From NCBI GenBank assembly GCA_963777505.1, contig CAVZQN010000004.1:1248001-1312000 (forward strand): a stretch of DNA of 64,000 bases, in the 5' to 3' direction. The stretch is from an uncultured bacterium. GTDB lineage: Bacteria; Acidobacteriota; HRBIN11; JAKEFK01. Made by a program: the position numbers and the translations under genes. Shown here in pieces: positions 51,924 to 62,460 of this stretch (positions are counted from its first letter, which is position 1; every line of letters starts with the position of its first letter). A model generated the notes under the pieces. It saw only the letters and a list, made by a program, of their open reading frames with translations. It did no database searches and was not told the origin of the DNA.

Positions 51924-52940
51924 ATGTTTGCAAGAATCATTGTCTTATTGTTGTTCGCTTTTGCTCAAATAGGTTTTGCCGCTGAGCCAATAAAATGGTC
52001 CGACCTTCAAAAAAATATTGATTCATGGCTCGAAGGTCCCCCTGGTTTGATTCTGACCAAGGAAGAAAAAGATGTTTATAAAAAGCTAAAAACACCTGAA
52101 GAAAAAATGCAATTCATAAAAATCTTCTGGGCACGACGCGACCCGTTGCTTCGTACACGCGAAAATGAATTCAAACAGGATTTTTACAACAGAGTTGAAT
52201 ATGCAAACAAGAACTTTGCTGAAGGTTCAAATCCTGGATGGAAAAGTGCAATGGGTCAGACGTATGTAATATTTGGTCCGCCTTCCCGGATTGATAAAAC
52301 GGCTATTGCAAATTCGTCACGTGCAGCCCAACTCTGGGTCTACGATAAAATCCTCTCAAGCAGGATTCCGACAAATGAAGCTTTGTTGTTCGTTTTTCGT
52401 GATTTCAAGTATGTTCTGGTTCCGCCAAATCCGCATGACAGTGATCGAGTCGGACAACAACAAAGAGCGTTGGAATCAAATTTTCAATATCAAACTATTC
52501 CAAGTGTCGTTCAAGCAGCTTTCACCGATGTGGCGGATAAATCCATTATTGATGAGAAAAAAGACTACCGTGAGCTGTTAACATCGGTAGAAAGTACGGA
52601 AAAGTTTGGCCTACAAGATCTCGAATTCGAAATTCGTCCGCTGCAAACGCAGCCTCAACAATATGAAGTTGTCCTGAAACCTGAGACAGCACCGCTTTAT
52701 GATTCTGGTGATGCGACGTTTGCGGAATTTTTCTTCAAACAAGAGTTGAAGAAAGGGGATACGCTTGTTGCCGCGAATCAACATACAGCTAGTTTCAATT
52801 GGGACCCTCAGTCCTTTGGCAAACTGACTGAGATCGCTGTGAAACTTCCTGTATTGGAAGCTCCGGCAGGCGAATATGAACTGTACATCACAGTTGGCGA
52901 TCGGATTTCCAATGTGAGTGAAACTCGGAAAGTTCAATAG
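51924..52940 (+). CDS. GWxTD domain protein
   Basis: FWARRDP..NEFK..RVEYAN..GWKSAMGQTYVIFGPP; signal peptide. Confidence 0.85.
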   Translation: MFARIIVLLLFAFAQIGFAAEPIKWSDLQKNIDSWLEGPPGLILTKEEKDVYKKLKTPEEKMQFIKIFWARRDPLLRTRENEFKQDFYNRVEYANKNFAEGSNPGWKSAMGQTYVIFGPPSRIDKTAIANSSRAAQLWVYDKILSSRIPTNEALLFVFRDFKYVLVPPNPHDSDRVGQQQRALESNFQYQTIPSVVQAAFTDVADKSIIDEKKDYRELLTSVESTEKFGLQDLEFEIRPLQTQPQQYEVVLKPETAPLYDSGDATFAEFFFKQELKKGDTLVAANQHTASFNWDPQSFGKLTEIAVKLPVLEAPAGEYELYITVGDRISNVSETRKVQ

Positions 52941-52941
52941 A

Positions 52942-54504
52942 ATGAAGATTGTCACTGCGCAGCAGATGCAATCTGCAGATGCTCATGCTATCGATGTATT
53001 GAAGATTCCATCGCTGTCTTTGATGGAGAATGCTGCTACACAAGTGGCTCGAATTCTGCTCGAACATTATCTTGAACCGGGCAACGCAGCAATCGTCTGT
53101 GGCAAAGGAAATAATGGTGGGGACGGAATGGCCGTTGCGCGGCTGCTTCGTCAACATGGGTGGTCAACTACCATTCTTTTGCTGGAACCGTATACCGGAT
53201 TGAAACCAGATCCATTGGAGAATTGGAATCGCGCTTTACATACGGGCGTCCGTTGTCTGGATAATGTGGTCATCGCTGATTTGCCAGCATTATTAAAGGA
53301 AGCTGACATCGTTGTTGATGCATTATTTGGAACGGGACTATCGAAACCGCTTGAAGGTATTTATGCTGAAGCTGTTGAAGTGATCAACAACAGCGAAAAA
53401 GAAATTTGGTCGATTGATGTGCCTTCCGGTCTATCAAGTGATTCCAGTGAAATCATCGGCCGTGCGGTTCATGCAACAGGAACGATCGCTCTAGCAGCGC
53501 TGAAGTATTGTCATGTTCTTCCTCCCGCCTCTGAGTTATGCGGTGCTATCTATATTGTAGATATCAGCATTCCAACTGCCTCTACAACTACAGTAGTTCG
53601 CGGAGCGGATGTTGCACAGCTTCTTCCTTATCGCGCTTCTAACAGTCATAAAGGTATTTATGGCCACGTTGTTTCGTATGCAGGTTCTAAGGGGAAATCC
53701 GGTGCAGCCTACATGTGTGGAAAAAGCGCGCTGCGAGCTGGTGCAGGTTTATCCACCGTAGTTTCGCCAGCAGGTGTTCAGCCTACGGTTGCAAGTTATG
53801 GCCCTGAAATCATGACGATTGCTGCTCAAGGGCACTTAGACTTTTTTTCGGCTGAAGAATTGTCTCAGGCACTTGAATTTACGAAGGGCAAAAGTGTTGT
53901 CGCGCTTGGACCCGGTATCGGGACATCTGAGCAAACATGGGCCTTTGTAAAAGACTTCGTGGACAAAATCGACGTTCCGATGGTCATCGATGCAGATGGA
54001 TTAAACCTGATCGCCATGGATCGTTCTGTACTTTTGAAACGGAAACCTGGTTCCACTGTTTTGACTCCGCATCCGGGAGAGATGGCGCGGCTGCTCAATA
54101 CGGACACAAAAAAAGTTCAAAGCGACCGGCTTGCTGCCGCTTCACAACTTGCAAAGGAAACGGGCTCAGTAGTTGTGCTGAAAGGATATCGAACCATCAT
54201 TGCAGATGCAGAAGAGCATCTGTGGATTAATCCGACCGGTGGACCTGCGCTGGCAAGCGGAGGAACAGGCGATATTCTTACCGGAGCCATCTGCGCGTTC
54301 ATCGCTCAAAACGTTCCTGTTTTACAAGCAGCGATCGCCGGTGTTTACATTCACGGATTTACTGCGAATTTATTTGAAAAAGAATTTCCACAACAAGCTC
54401 TCAATGCAATGGATATTCTTTCTTTGTGGAATAAAGCTGTACACATTATTCGAACTGATAAGAATTTTGAAAGTGACTATCTCAACCTTCATTTCTCATT
54501 CTGA
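52942..54504 (+). CDS. nnr: Bifunctional NAD(P)H-hydrate epimerase/dehydratase
   Basis: LMENA, GKGNNGGDG, DALFGTG, DADGLN, LTPHPGE, GGTGD. Confidence 0.95.
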   Translation: MKIVTAQQMQSADAHAIDVLKIPSLSLMENAATQVARILLEHYLEPGNAAIVCGKGNNGGDGMAVARLLRQHGWSTTILLLEPYTGLKPDPLENWNRALHTGVRCLDNVVIADLPALLKEADIVVDALFGTGLSKPLEGIYAEAVEVINNSEKEIWSIDVPSGLSSDSSEIIGRAVHATGTIALAALKYCHVLPPASELCGAIYIVDISIPTASTTTVVRGADVAQLLPYRASNSHKGIYGHVVSYAGSKGKSGAAYMCGKSALRAGAGLSTVVSPAGVQPTVASYGPEIMTIAAQGHLDFFSAEELSQALEFTKGKSVVALGPGIGTSEQTWAFVKDFVDKIDVPMVIDADGLNLIAMDRSVLLKRKPGSTVLTPHPGEMARLLNTDTKKVQSDRLAAASQLAKETGSVVVLKGYRTIIADAEEHLWINPTGGPALASGGTGDILTGAICAFIAQNVPVLQAAIAGVYIHGFTANLFEKEFPQQALNAMDILSLWNKAVHIIRTDKNFESDYLNLHFSF

Positions 54505-54952
54505 AATCGATACCCGGCGCTTTGCTTCAGACTTCGCAAGCCAACTCAAGGGTAATGAAAAGATTTGCTTGATTGGACCGCTTGGAGCCGGTAAGACAGC
54601 TTTTGTTCGAGGATTTGTTGAAAGATTCAATGTTTCATCTGAAGAAGTACAGAGTCCTACGTTTACACTTGTTCGCGAATATGGAAATTCACCGAAGATT
54701 TATCATGTTGATCTCTATCGATTCGACAAAGAAGAAGATATTTTCGAAGCAGGAATTTATGAGTTACTCACGGGAGATGAGCTTGTAATCGTGGAATGGG
54801 CTGATAAACTATCACGCTATTATCCGCTTCCTAGTATCCGAATTGAATTGAAGCATACCGGCGAAAATAGCCGCGAAATTGTAATAGAAAATGTAGGGGC
54901 GGGTCTAAGACCCGCCCGGAATTACGTCGTTAATCAAGACGGGCGGGTCTAG
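54473..54952 (+). CDS. tsaE: tRNA threonylcarbamoyladenosine biosynthesis ATPase
   Basis: GPLGAGKT, SPTFTL, HVDLYR, VEW; GTG start at 54473. Confidence 0.95.
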   Translation: MTISTFISHSEIDTRRFASDFASQLKGNEKICLIGPLGAGKTAFVRGFVERFNVSSEEVQSPTFTLVREYGNSPKIYHVDLYRFDKEEDIFEAGIYELLTGDELVIVEWADKLSRYYPLPSIRIELKHTGENSREIVIENVGAGLRPARNYVVNQDGRV

Positions 54953-54959
54953 ACCCACC
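54893..54959. repeat. GTAG-type REP pair
   Basis: GTAGGGGCGGGTCTAAGACCCGCCC followed by a second GGGCGGGTCTAGACCCACC. Confidence 0.8.
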
Positions 54960-54979
54960 GCCAAAAGTCACAGAGAAGA

Positions 54980-55711
54980 ATGATTCGACTGATTACATTT
55001 GATTTTTGGAATACTTTGTTCGTTGATCGTGGTGAAGAAATTCGAAATGAAATGAGAAAGTCTTTTACCTTAGCAAGGCTTCGTAAATATAACCGTCGGC
55101 TGAGAAAAGATGATCTGGATGCAGCATTTGAAGTAGCGAAGGGAGAATTTGAACTACAGTGGCAGCGTTATACCGCTTCTACAATGGAAAACTACGTAAA
55201 AACCATTGCGCGCGAATTAAAGGTTGATATTCAACCAGCTGATCATCGGGATTTAGTTGATTATTTTGAGACAATTCTTTTGCAGCATCAACCAGTCTTA
55301 GTGCCTAATGCCGCTGAGGCTGTTCGCAACGCAAAATCGCGTTTGAAAGTAGGGCTGGTTTGTGACACTGGATATTCCCCAGGTACGACACTTCGAAAAA
55401 TATTGGATTCGAATGGCATCGCATCCTGTTTTGATTCATTTTCTTTTTCAAATGAAACAGGATTCTTGAAACCACACATTGAACCTTTTGCAAAGATTTT
55501 GAGATCTTTAAGTATTCGACCTGAACAATCCGTGCATATTGGTGACCTCGAGCATACTGATATTGTAGGGGCAAAGAGGATCGGGATGAAAGCGATCAAA
55601 TTCATTGGAGCCAATCATCAGGCAAAACGTGAATCTATGGCCGATGATGTTCTTGATAAACTCGAGGATCTGCCTGCTGCACTTGATAGGTTGCAGTACA
55701 ATAATAAGTAA
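54980..55711 (+). CDS. HAD family hydrolase
   Basis: FDFWNTL, KP, HIGD...D. Confidence 0.9.
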   Translation: MIRLITFDFWNTLFVDRGEEIRNEMRKSFTLARLRKYNRRLRKDDLDAAFEVAKGEFELQWQRYTASTMENYVKTIARELKVDIQPADHRDLVDYFETILLQHQPVLVPNAAEAVRNAKSRLKVGLVCDTGYSPGTTLRKILDSNGIASCFDSFSFSNETGFLKPHIEPFAKILRSLSIRPEQSVHIGDLEHTDIVGAKRIGMKAIKFIGANHQAKRESMADDVLDKLEDLPAALDRLQYNNK

Positions 55712-55722
55712 TAAGTCTCAAT

Positions 55723-55781
55723 CCGGAGCTCGGGCCTCCGTGCCCGCCGATGAGTGGCGGGCAGTGACGCCCGCCCTCCGG
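55723..55781. repeat. REP-like double hairpin
   Basis: CCGGAGCTCGGGCCTCCGTGCCCGCC..GGCGGGCAGTGACGCCCGCCCTCCGG. Confidence 0.65.
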
Positions 55782-55807
55782 GAGTATCACTGATATGGAG
55801 TTTATTT

Positions 55808-58549
55808 ATGCAAGAAGTAGCCGAAAAAGAATTAATAGAAAAAGGAACAGAAGAGAAACAACCGGTAAAAGAACAACCTGTAGAAAAGAATCAGGAAACT
55901 GCAGAATTAGAAGCCATCGAAACGAAAGAATGGCTTGAATCTTTGAAATACGTTTTGCAGACTGGTGGTCCTGAACGGGTTACGGATTTAATACGTCAGC
56001 TCCTGGTTTATGCACAGGAGGAAGGCGTTCGGTTTCCATTTTCAGCAAATACTCCTTACATCAATACAATTCCAGCAAACAAACAGCCTCCTTTTCCTGG
56101 AAGCCGGGAAATTGAACGTCGCATCAAGAGTTTGATCCGCTGGAATGCAATGGCAATGGTTGTACGTGCAAACAAAAAAGATCCCGGGATAGGTGGTCAC
56201 ATCTCTACTTATGCATCTGCAGCAACTTTATATGAAATTGGATTAAATCATTTTTTCCGCGCGGCGAATGATAAACAGGAAGGTGATCTTGTATATTTCC
56301 AGGGTCACGCTTCGCCAGGAATATACGCACGTGCATTTTTGGAAGGAAGGCTTTCATCGGAGCAGCTTGAAAATTTCAGACATGAATTAGGAGGCGGTTT
56401 GTCATCGTATCCGCATCCATGGTTGATGCCTCATTTCTGGCAATTTCCAACGGTTTCAATGGGGCTTGGTCCGATCATGGCCATTTATCAAGCGCGTTTT
56501 AATCGTTATCTGGAAGATCGCGGCTTAAAGAAGCCAAGCGATTCAAAAGTCTGGGCATTCTTAGGAGATGGCGAAACGGATGAGCCGGAATCATTGGGAG
56601 CGATCACACTTGCTTCACGCGAAAAGTTGGACAACTTAATTTTTGTCATCAACTGCAATTTGCAACGGCTCGATGGCCCTGTCCGCGGCAACGGCAAGAT
56701 CATTCAAGAACTTGAAGCTGCATTCCGCGGCGCCGGATGGAACGTAATTAAAGTGATCTGGGGTACGGACTGGGATGCATTACTTGCAAAAGACGAAGAT
56801 GGTTTGCTCGTAAAACGGATGAATGAAGTTGTGGATGGATGGTACTTGAAATACACGGTTGAACCAGGCTCCTTCATTCGTGAACACTTCTTTGGCGCTC
56901 ACCCAAAACTTTTAGAATTAGTGAAAGATCTTTCTGATGAACAACTGCGTAAGCTTCGCCGTGGCGGTCACGATCCACAAAAAGTGTATGCGGCATACAA
57001 AGCAGCGATTGAACATAAAGGTGCGCCCACCGTAATTCTTGCTCAAACAATTAAAGGTTATGGTCTTGGTGAAAGCGGCGAAGGAAAGAACATTACCCAT
57101 CAACAGAAAAAGTTGAATGAAGAAGAACTGCGTGAATTTCGTACCCGTTTCGGTATTCCGATTTCCGATAAGGAAGTTGCGAATGCGCCATTCTATGCTC
57201 CGCCAGAAGACAGCCAGGAACTAAAATATCTGAAAGAGCGACGCGAAAAGCTTGGTGGTTCTCTTCCAATGCGAACTGTAAAGAGTGCTCCGTTAAAAAC
57301 CCCTCAGGAATCGCTTTTTGAAGAATTTTATAAAGGCACTGAAGCGAGAGAAGTCTCTACAACGATGGTATTTGTGCGTCTGCTTTCAAAGCTTTTGAAA
57401 GATAAAGAAATTGGAGATTTGATTGTTCCAATTGTGCCGGATGAAGCGCGCACATTCGGTATGGAGTCTTTATTCCGCCAGGTGGGAATTTATTCACACG
57501 TCGGACAGCTCTATGAGCCTGTCGATGCAGACAGCCTCCTTTATTATAAAGAGTCTCAAGATGGTCAAATCTTTGAAGAAGGGATTACTGAAGCGGGATC
57601 GATGTCATCTTTCATTGCAGCAGGCACTGCGTATTCAACTCATGGAATTAACACAATTCCATTTTTTATTTACTATTCGATGTTCGGATTCCAACGCATC
57701 GGCGATTTAATTTGGGCGGCCGGCGATTTACGCACAAAAGGATTTTTGCTTGGAGGAACTGCAGGCCGAACTACGTTGAACGGTGAAGGGCTTCAACATC
57801 AAGATGGACATACACACTTAATCGCCCAGTCAGTACCAAACCTGGTTACGTATGACCCTGCATTTGCGTTCGAGATTGCGATCATCATCCGTGAGGGGAT
57901 CCGCAGAATGTACGAAGAGCGTGAAGATATTTTTTATTACCTCACACTCTACAATGAAAATTATGCGATGCTTCAGATGCCGGAAGGTGCAAGAGAAGGA
58001 ATTTTGAAAGGTATGTACCTTTTGAAACCTTCAGAAGTTTCCGCAGAAAAGGCAAAAGTAAATCTCCTGGGTAGTGGTCCTATGATTAATGATGTATTAA
58101 AAGCACAGAAAATTCTTGCGGAAAAATATGGAATTGCTGCTGATGTTTATAGTGTTACAAGCTACAAGGAGCTTCGCCGCGAAGGACTGGATGTTGAACG
58201 TTGGAATATGTTAAATCCTGGTGAAACTCCAAAGGTTTCATACTTGCAGAACCTATTGAAGAGCGAACAGGGAAATGTGTTTGTTGCTTCATCCGATTTT
58301 ATGAAAGCGCTTCCTGATTCAGTTTCAAAATGGATCCCGGGTCCACTCTATTCTCTTGGTACGGATGGCTTCGGCAGAAGTGAAAGCAGAAGTAATTTGC
58401 GTGACTTCTTTGAAGTCGATTCGAAATACATAACAATTGCTGCACTTGATGGATTGGCTGCGCAAAATAAATTTGGGCGTGATCAAGTTGTAAATGCAGT
58501 AAAAGAACTCGGGATTGATCCTGCAAAAAAGAATCCTATGGTTTCTTAG
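55808..58549 (+). CDS. aceE: Pyruvate dehydrogenase E1, homodimeric type
   Basis: PYINTI, GGHISTYAS, GDGETDEPE, GRTTLNGEGLQH, DGFGRS. Confidence 0.97.
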   Translation: MQEVAEKELIEKGTEEKQPVKEQPVEKNQETAELEAIETKEWLESLKYVLQTGGPERVTDLIRQLLVYAQEEGVRFPFSANTPYINTIPANKQPPFPGSREIERRIKSLIRWNAMAMVVRANKKDPGIGGHISTYASAATLYEIGLNHFFRAANDKQEGDLVYFQGHASPGIYARAFLEGRLSSEQLENFRHELGGGLSSYPHPWLMPHFWQFPTVSMGLGPIMAIYQARFNRYLEDRGLKKPSDSKVWAFLGDGETDEPESLGAITLASREKLDNLIFVINCNLQRLDGPVRGNGKIIQELEAAFRGAGWNVIKVIWGTDWDALLAKDEDGLLVKRMNEVVDGWYLKYTVEPGSFIREHFFGAHPKLLELVKDLSDEQLRKLRRGGHDPQKVYAAYKAAIEHKGAPTVILAQTIKGYGLGESGEGKNITHQQKKLNEEELREFRTRFGIPISDKEVANAPFYAPPEDSQELKYLKERREKLGGSLPMRTVKSAPLKTPQESLFEEFYKGTEAREVSTTMVFVRLLSKLLKDKEIGDLIVPIVPDEARTFGMESLFRQVGIYSHVGQLYEPVDADSLLYYKESQDGQIFEEGITEAGSMSSFIAAGTAYSTHGINTIPFFIYYSMFGFQRIGDLIWAAGDLRTKGFLLGGTAGRTTLNGEGLQHQDGHTHLIAQSVPNLVTYDPAFAFEIAIIIREGIRRMYEEREDIFYYLTLYNENYAMLQMPEGAREGILKGMYLLKPSEVSAEKAKVNLLGSGPMINDVLKAQKILAEKYGIAADVYSVTSYKELRREGLDVERWNMLNPGETPKVSYLQNLLKSEQGNVFVASSDFMKALPDSVSKWIPGPLYSLGTDGFGRSESRSNLRDFFEVDSKYITIAALDGLAAQNKFGRDQVVNAVKELGIDPAKKNPMVS

Positions 58550-58565
58550 AAAGGAAGAATTTTGA

Positions 58566-60269
58566 ATGGCCACTGAATTTAGATTGCCTGAACTCGGCGA
58601 AAATATTGCTGAGGGTAGTGTCATTAAAGTACTTGTGAAGCCCGGCGATACGATTGAAAAAGATCAGCCGATCCTCGAACTGGAAACCGATAAAGCCACA
58701 ATTGAAGTCCCTTCGAATGTCAGCGGAATTGTAAAAGAAATTCGAGTCCAAGAGGGGGGAAAAGCTGAAGTCGGACAAGTCGTGATGACGGTTGATGCTC
58801 CGGCCGGACAAACAGAAACCAAGCAAACACCTTCTGCCCCTGCCCAAACGAAACCTGTTGAGAAAAAAGCAGAAGAGAAACCTGATGTGAAAGCAGCACC
58901 AAAGCCGCAAGTTGAGTCAAAACCCACGAAGGCTCCAGCCAAACCAGCAGGCGGTGTGGAAGAATTCAAAATACCGGAGCTTGGCGAAAACATCGAAGAA
59001 GCTGTCGTCATCAAAGTTTTAGTGAAACAAGGCGATCAAGTTTCCAAAGATCAGGCATTAGTTGAACTTGAAACCGATAAAGCGGCCGTTGAAGTTCCAT
59101 CGTCTGTTGATGGAACGATAAAAGAAGTGCGGATCAAGGAAGGAGATAAGGCCAGAGTTGGCGATGTTATTTTCGTAATTGATCGCGGCGGTGCTGAAAC
59201 TGCTGTGACTGAAGAAAAAGTTAGCGCAGGTGAACGGAAGGAAGCGGAAGCAGTCGAAGATGCCGTTGAAGAAGCAAGAGATGAACCAAAGGAAGAACCT
59301 GTTGCTGCAAAAGAGACTCCTGTTGAAAAGGCTCCAGTAGCGGAAGAGCGATATCGTCCAGGCGAAAAAGTTGCACCAGCAGCGCCATCTGTGAGGCGAT
59401 TTGCCCGCGAAATCGGAATTGATGTCAACACGATTCCTGGTTCAGGTCCACGCGGCCGGATTTCAATTGAAGATGTAAAAAAATATTCCCGCGCTTCCAG
59501 ATCGCAAAAACAAGCAATTATAGGCCCCGGCATTCCTGTTCCAACCCTTCCTGATTTCTCAAAATGGGGTCAGATCGAACGAAAGCCGATGAGTGGAATC
59601 CGCGTAAAAACAGCGCAGAACATGTCAATCTCCTGGCAATCCGTTGCCCGGGTTACTCAATACGACAAAGCAGATATTACCGAACTCGAAGAAGATCGGA
59701 AAAAGTTTGGAAGCAAAGTAGAAGTCGCAGGCGGAAAATTAACTGTTACTGCGATCTTGCTGAAAGTGATTGCCTCTGCGTTGCGAACGTTTCCGCAGTT
59801 TAACGCAAGCATCGATATGACAAAGAATGAAATTATTTACAAAAAGTACTACCACATCGGTGTCGCAGTCGATACAGACCGGGGACTGCTTGTACCGGTG
59901 ATCCGCGATGTAGATAAGAAAAATATTCTTCAGCTTTCTGTTGATCTTTCGGAAGCTGGTGAAAAAGCGCGGAATAAAAAACTTAAGCTGGATGAAATGC
60001 AAGGTGGAAGTTTTACAATTACGAATCTTGGTGGGATCGGTGGGACTGCATTTTCGCCAATTGTAAATTATCCGGAAGTTGCAATTCTTGGAGTCTCAAG
60101 ATCGAGTATGGAACCTGTTTACATAGATGGAAAGTTCGAACCAAGACTCATGCTTCCACTTTCTCTCTCTTATGATCATCGTTTAGTGGATGGAGCCGAT
60201 GCAGCACGATTTCTGCGATGGGTTGCTGATGCATTGAAAGATCCATTTTTAATCGCCCTGGAAGGGTAA
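58566..60269 (+). CDS. aceF: Dihydrolipoamide acetyltransferase E2 (two lipoyl domains)
   Basis: Two ETDKA lipoyl motifs, E3-binding domain, DHRLVDG. Confidence 0.95.
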   Translation: MATEFRLPELGENIAEGSVIKVLVKPGDTIEKDQPILELETDKATIEVPSNVSGIVKEIRVQEGGKAEVGQVVMTVDAPAGQTETKQTPSAPAQTKPVEKKAEEKPDVKAAPKPQVESKPTKAPAKPAGGVEEFKIPELGENIEEAVVIKVLVKQGDQVSKDQALVELETDKAAVEVPSSVDGTIKEVRIKEGDKARVGDVIFVIDRGGAETAVTEEKVSAGERKEAEAVEDAVEEARDEPKEEPVAAKETPVEKAPVAEERYRPGEKVAPAAPSVRRFAREIGIDVNTIPGSGPRGRISIEDVKKYSRASRSQKQAIIGPGIPVPTLPDFSKWGQIERKPMSGIRVKTAQNMSISWQSVARVTQYDKADITELEEDRKKFGSKVEVAGGKLTVTAILLKVIASALRTFPQFNASIDMTKNEIIYKKYYHIGVAVDTDRGLLVPVIRDVDKKNILQLSVDLSEAGEKARNKKLKLDEMQGGSFTITNLGGIGGTAFSPIVNYPEVAILGVSRSSMEPVYIDGKFEPRLMLPLSLSYDHRLVDGADAARFLRWVADALKDPFLIALEG

Positions 60270-60298
60270 GTAGGGGCGGGTCTAAGACCCGCCCCTAC
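60270..60298. repeat. GTAG-type REP, perfect palindrome
   Basis: GTAGGGGCGGGTCT-A-AGACCCGCCCCTAC. Confidence 0.85.
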
Positions 60299-60317
60299 GC
60301 GGCAAAGACGCAAATAT

Positions 60318-60650
60318 ATGGAAGACGAAGAAAAAAGTAGACTGGAACAGTTCAAAGAATTTGTTGAAATGGATCCTGCCGATACCTTTTCCAGATATGC
60401 TCTTGCATTGGAATATATGGGTGTCGAGCAGTTTGACGACGCAGTCATTCATTTTCGTGAAGTCTTAAAGCTCGATCCGACTTATTCTGCAGCATATTTC
60501 CAAGCTGCTATCGCATCCAGAAAATCCGACTCAAATGATCAAGCCATTGATTTTCTAACGCGAGGAATTGAAGCTGCGGAAAAAAAAGGAGACTGGCATA
60601 CACGGGATGAAATGAAAGCTCTGCTTGAAGAAATTCAATCAGCATCCTGA
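60318..60650 (+). CDS. Small TPR protein
   Basis: DP.D.F.RYALALEY, P.Y.AAYFQ. Confidence 0.85.
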   Translation: MEDEEKSRLEQFKEFVEMDPADTFSRYALALEYMGVEQFDDAVIHFREVLKLDPTYSAAYFQAAIASRKSDSNDQAIDFLTRGIEAAEKKGDWHTRDEMKALLEEIQSAS

Positions 60651-61750
60651 TGTCAGAGGAAGCTCAACCGCCAAGACGCCAAGACGCCAAGACAGCACTA
60701 ATTCTTTTCAGATTAGTTCCGATTACCATTGCGCTCATTGCCCTTTCATTTACATCAGTTTTTTCTGAGCTGGATGCATGGTGGTATGCCAGAAAATCGT
60801 TCTCCGAAAGGGTCAGTCACTTTCGATCGAATTTTCAGCCAGGCCTTGTGCTGCCTTTGTTTGCACTTGAAGAAGACTATTCGTATAAGCAGGCCATTGA
60901 TGAAATCCACGAAATGGGAGCGCGAAGTGTTTCAATTTTTGTTACGAATTATCAAGAGGACATTAGAAGCAATTACATTTATTTAAACCGTAGAGCCATG
61001 GAAACTTCCCGGCTTACGGAGATGATCCACTACGCTCATCAAAGAGGTTTAAGCGTATTTCTATTTCCAACACTTCACCTTCAACATCTCGGACATAAAG
61101 AATGGCGCGGAGTTTTGAAACCGAAAGACCCTGAGCTTTGGTGGCGAAATTATGCGCACCTGATCCGATATTACACAAACTTCGCCAGAGAAAATCAGGT
61201 CGAAGTTCTTTCAATTGGTTCAGAACTTTGTTCTATGGAACAGGAATATGAACGATGGTCTGAAATTATTCGGTACGCACGGAAAAACTATTCGGGCCTT
61301 CTTACATATTCTGCAAATTGGGACCACTATCACGATATCGATTTTGTCAAAGACCTGGATTATCTCGGTATAAATGCTTATTTCGGTCTGACTAAAAAGT
61401 TGGATCCGTCACTTGATGAACTACTGAAGGCGTGGGTTCCGGCAAAGAAACGGATTGAAGAAGCCTATGATGAATACAAGAAAGCCGTGATCATTACCGA
61501 AATCGGATATCCAAGTGTGGATGGCGCAAATAGTACTCCGTGGAATTATTTTTCGAAAACAAAAATCGACCTTAAGGAACAAGAACTTTGCTATCGTTCC
61601 TTTGTAGAAACCTGGAATCAACCCCCTGCATTTATGCATGCCGTCTACTTCTATAACTGGTGGGGACCAGGCGGCTCACTCGACCGCGATTACACCCCGC
61701 GCGGCAAACCAGCCGCCGATGTCCTTCAACGCTGGTACAAATCCTTCTAA
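60650..61750 (+). CDS. GH113-like glycoside hydrolase (TIM barrel)
   Basis: WRG, IGSEL, TYSANWD, GINAYF, TEIGYPS, PRGKPA. Confidence 0.8.
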   Translation: MSEEAQPPRRQDAKTALILFRLVPITIALIALSFTSVFSELDAWWYARKSFSERVSHFRSNFQPGLVLPLFALEEDYSYKQAIDEIHEMGARSVSIFVTNYQEDIRSNYIYLNRRAMETSRLTEMIHYAHQRGLSVFLFPTLHLQHLGHKEWRGVLKPKDPELWWRNYAHLIRYYTNFARENQVEVLSIGSELCSMEQEYERWSEIIRYARKNYSGLLTYSANWDHYHDIDFVKDLDYLGINAYFGLTKKLDPSLDELLKAWVPAKKRIEEAYDEYKKAVIITEIGYPSVDGANSTPWNYFSKTKIDLKEQELCYRSFVETWNQPPAFMHAVYFYNWWGPGGSLDRDYTPRGKPAADVLQRWYKSF

Positions 61751-61848
61751 AACTCTGAGTCTCGGCGTTAAAAAGACCTTGCCCGCCTAAACCTATTTTC
61801 TTACATTTTGACCTTAAGTCTTTATAGAAAGGGTGGAAGTCTTAACAT

Positions 61849-62460
61849 ATGGGTATGAATCGGGTGCCTGAGCCATACGTGCGCCAAAGAACCGATGAAG
61901 ATCTCGTGGATTCGGTGTTGCAAGGCAACATCCGGGACTTTGATGTCCTCATCGAACGCTGGCAAAAGCCTTTATATAACTTCATATTGCGTTTCATGAA
62001 CTCGGAAGAGGAAGCGCGAGATGCGTGTCAGGATAGTTTTGTAAACGCATATCGTAATCTGGCGAAGTTTAAAAAGCAGTCGAAGTTTTCGTCCTGGCTT
62101 TTCAAGATTGCGATCAATCGTAGCAATACACTCCTCCGAAAACAGAAACGCTGGAAGACGTTCTTTGATCCTATGGGAGATCAGCAAAATTTTGCAGATG
62201 TTCAAAGTCAAGAACACAATGCTGAACATACGGTAGAAAAAGAGCAGATTTATAGCAGAATTCGCAAAGCGATTGCAATGCTGCCTCCCGAACAAAGGAC
62301 AGTATTACTTTTGAAGGAATACGAAGGTCTTAAGTTTCATGAGATTAGCGAAATGCTTGATTGTCCGGTTTCAACAGTAAAAAGCCGGATGTACTATGCG
62401 CTTGACGGTTTAAGGAAAGCGTTGAAGCTTGTTGAGGTGAAAAGAACCGATGGACTGTGA
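61849..62460 (+). CDS. ECF sigma factor (RpoE-like)
   Basis: DACQDSF, FSSWLFKIAIN, STVKSR. Confidence 0.92.
   Translation: MGMNRVPEPYVRQRTDEDLVDSVLQGNIRDFDVLIERWQKPLYNFILRFMNSEEEARDACQDSFVNAYRNLAKFKKQSKFSSWLFKIAINRSNTLLRKQKRWKTFFDPMGDQQNFADVQSQEHNAEHTVEKEQIYSRIRKAIAMLPPEQRTVLLLKEYEGLKFHEISEMLDCPVSTVKSRMYYALDGLRKALKLVEVKRTDGL

Noticed and set aside
52237-52260. GWKSAMG instead of the canonical GWxTDRG
   Set aside because: Probably ordinary family variation; no functional inference is possible from sequence alone.
48034-60269. gatB, scpB and lpdA missing next to gatCA, scpA and aceEF
   Set aside because: Split operons are common and the partners are probably elsewhere in the genome.
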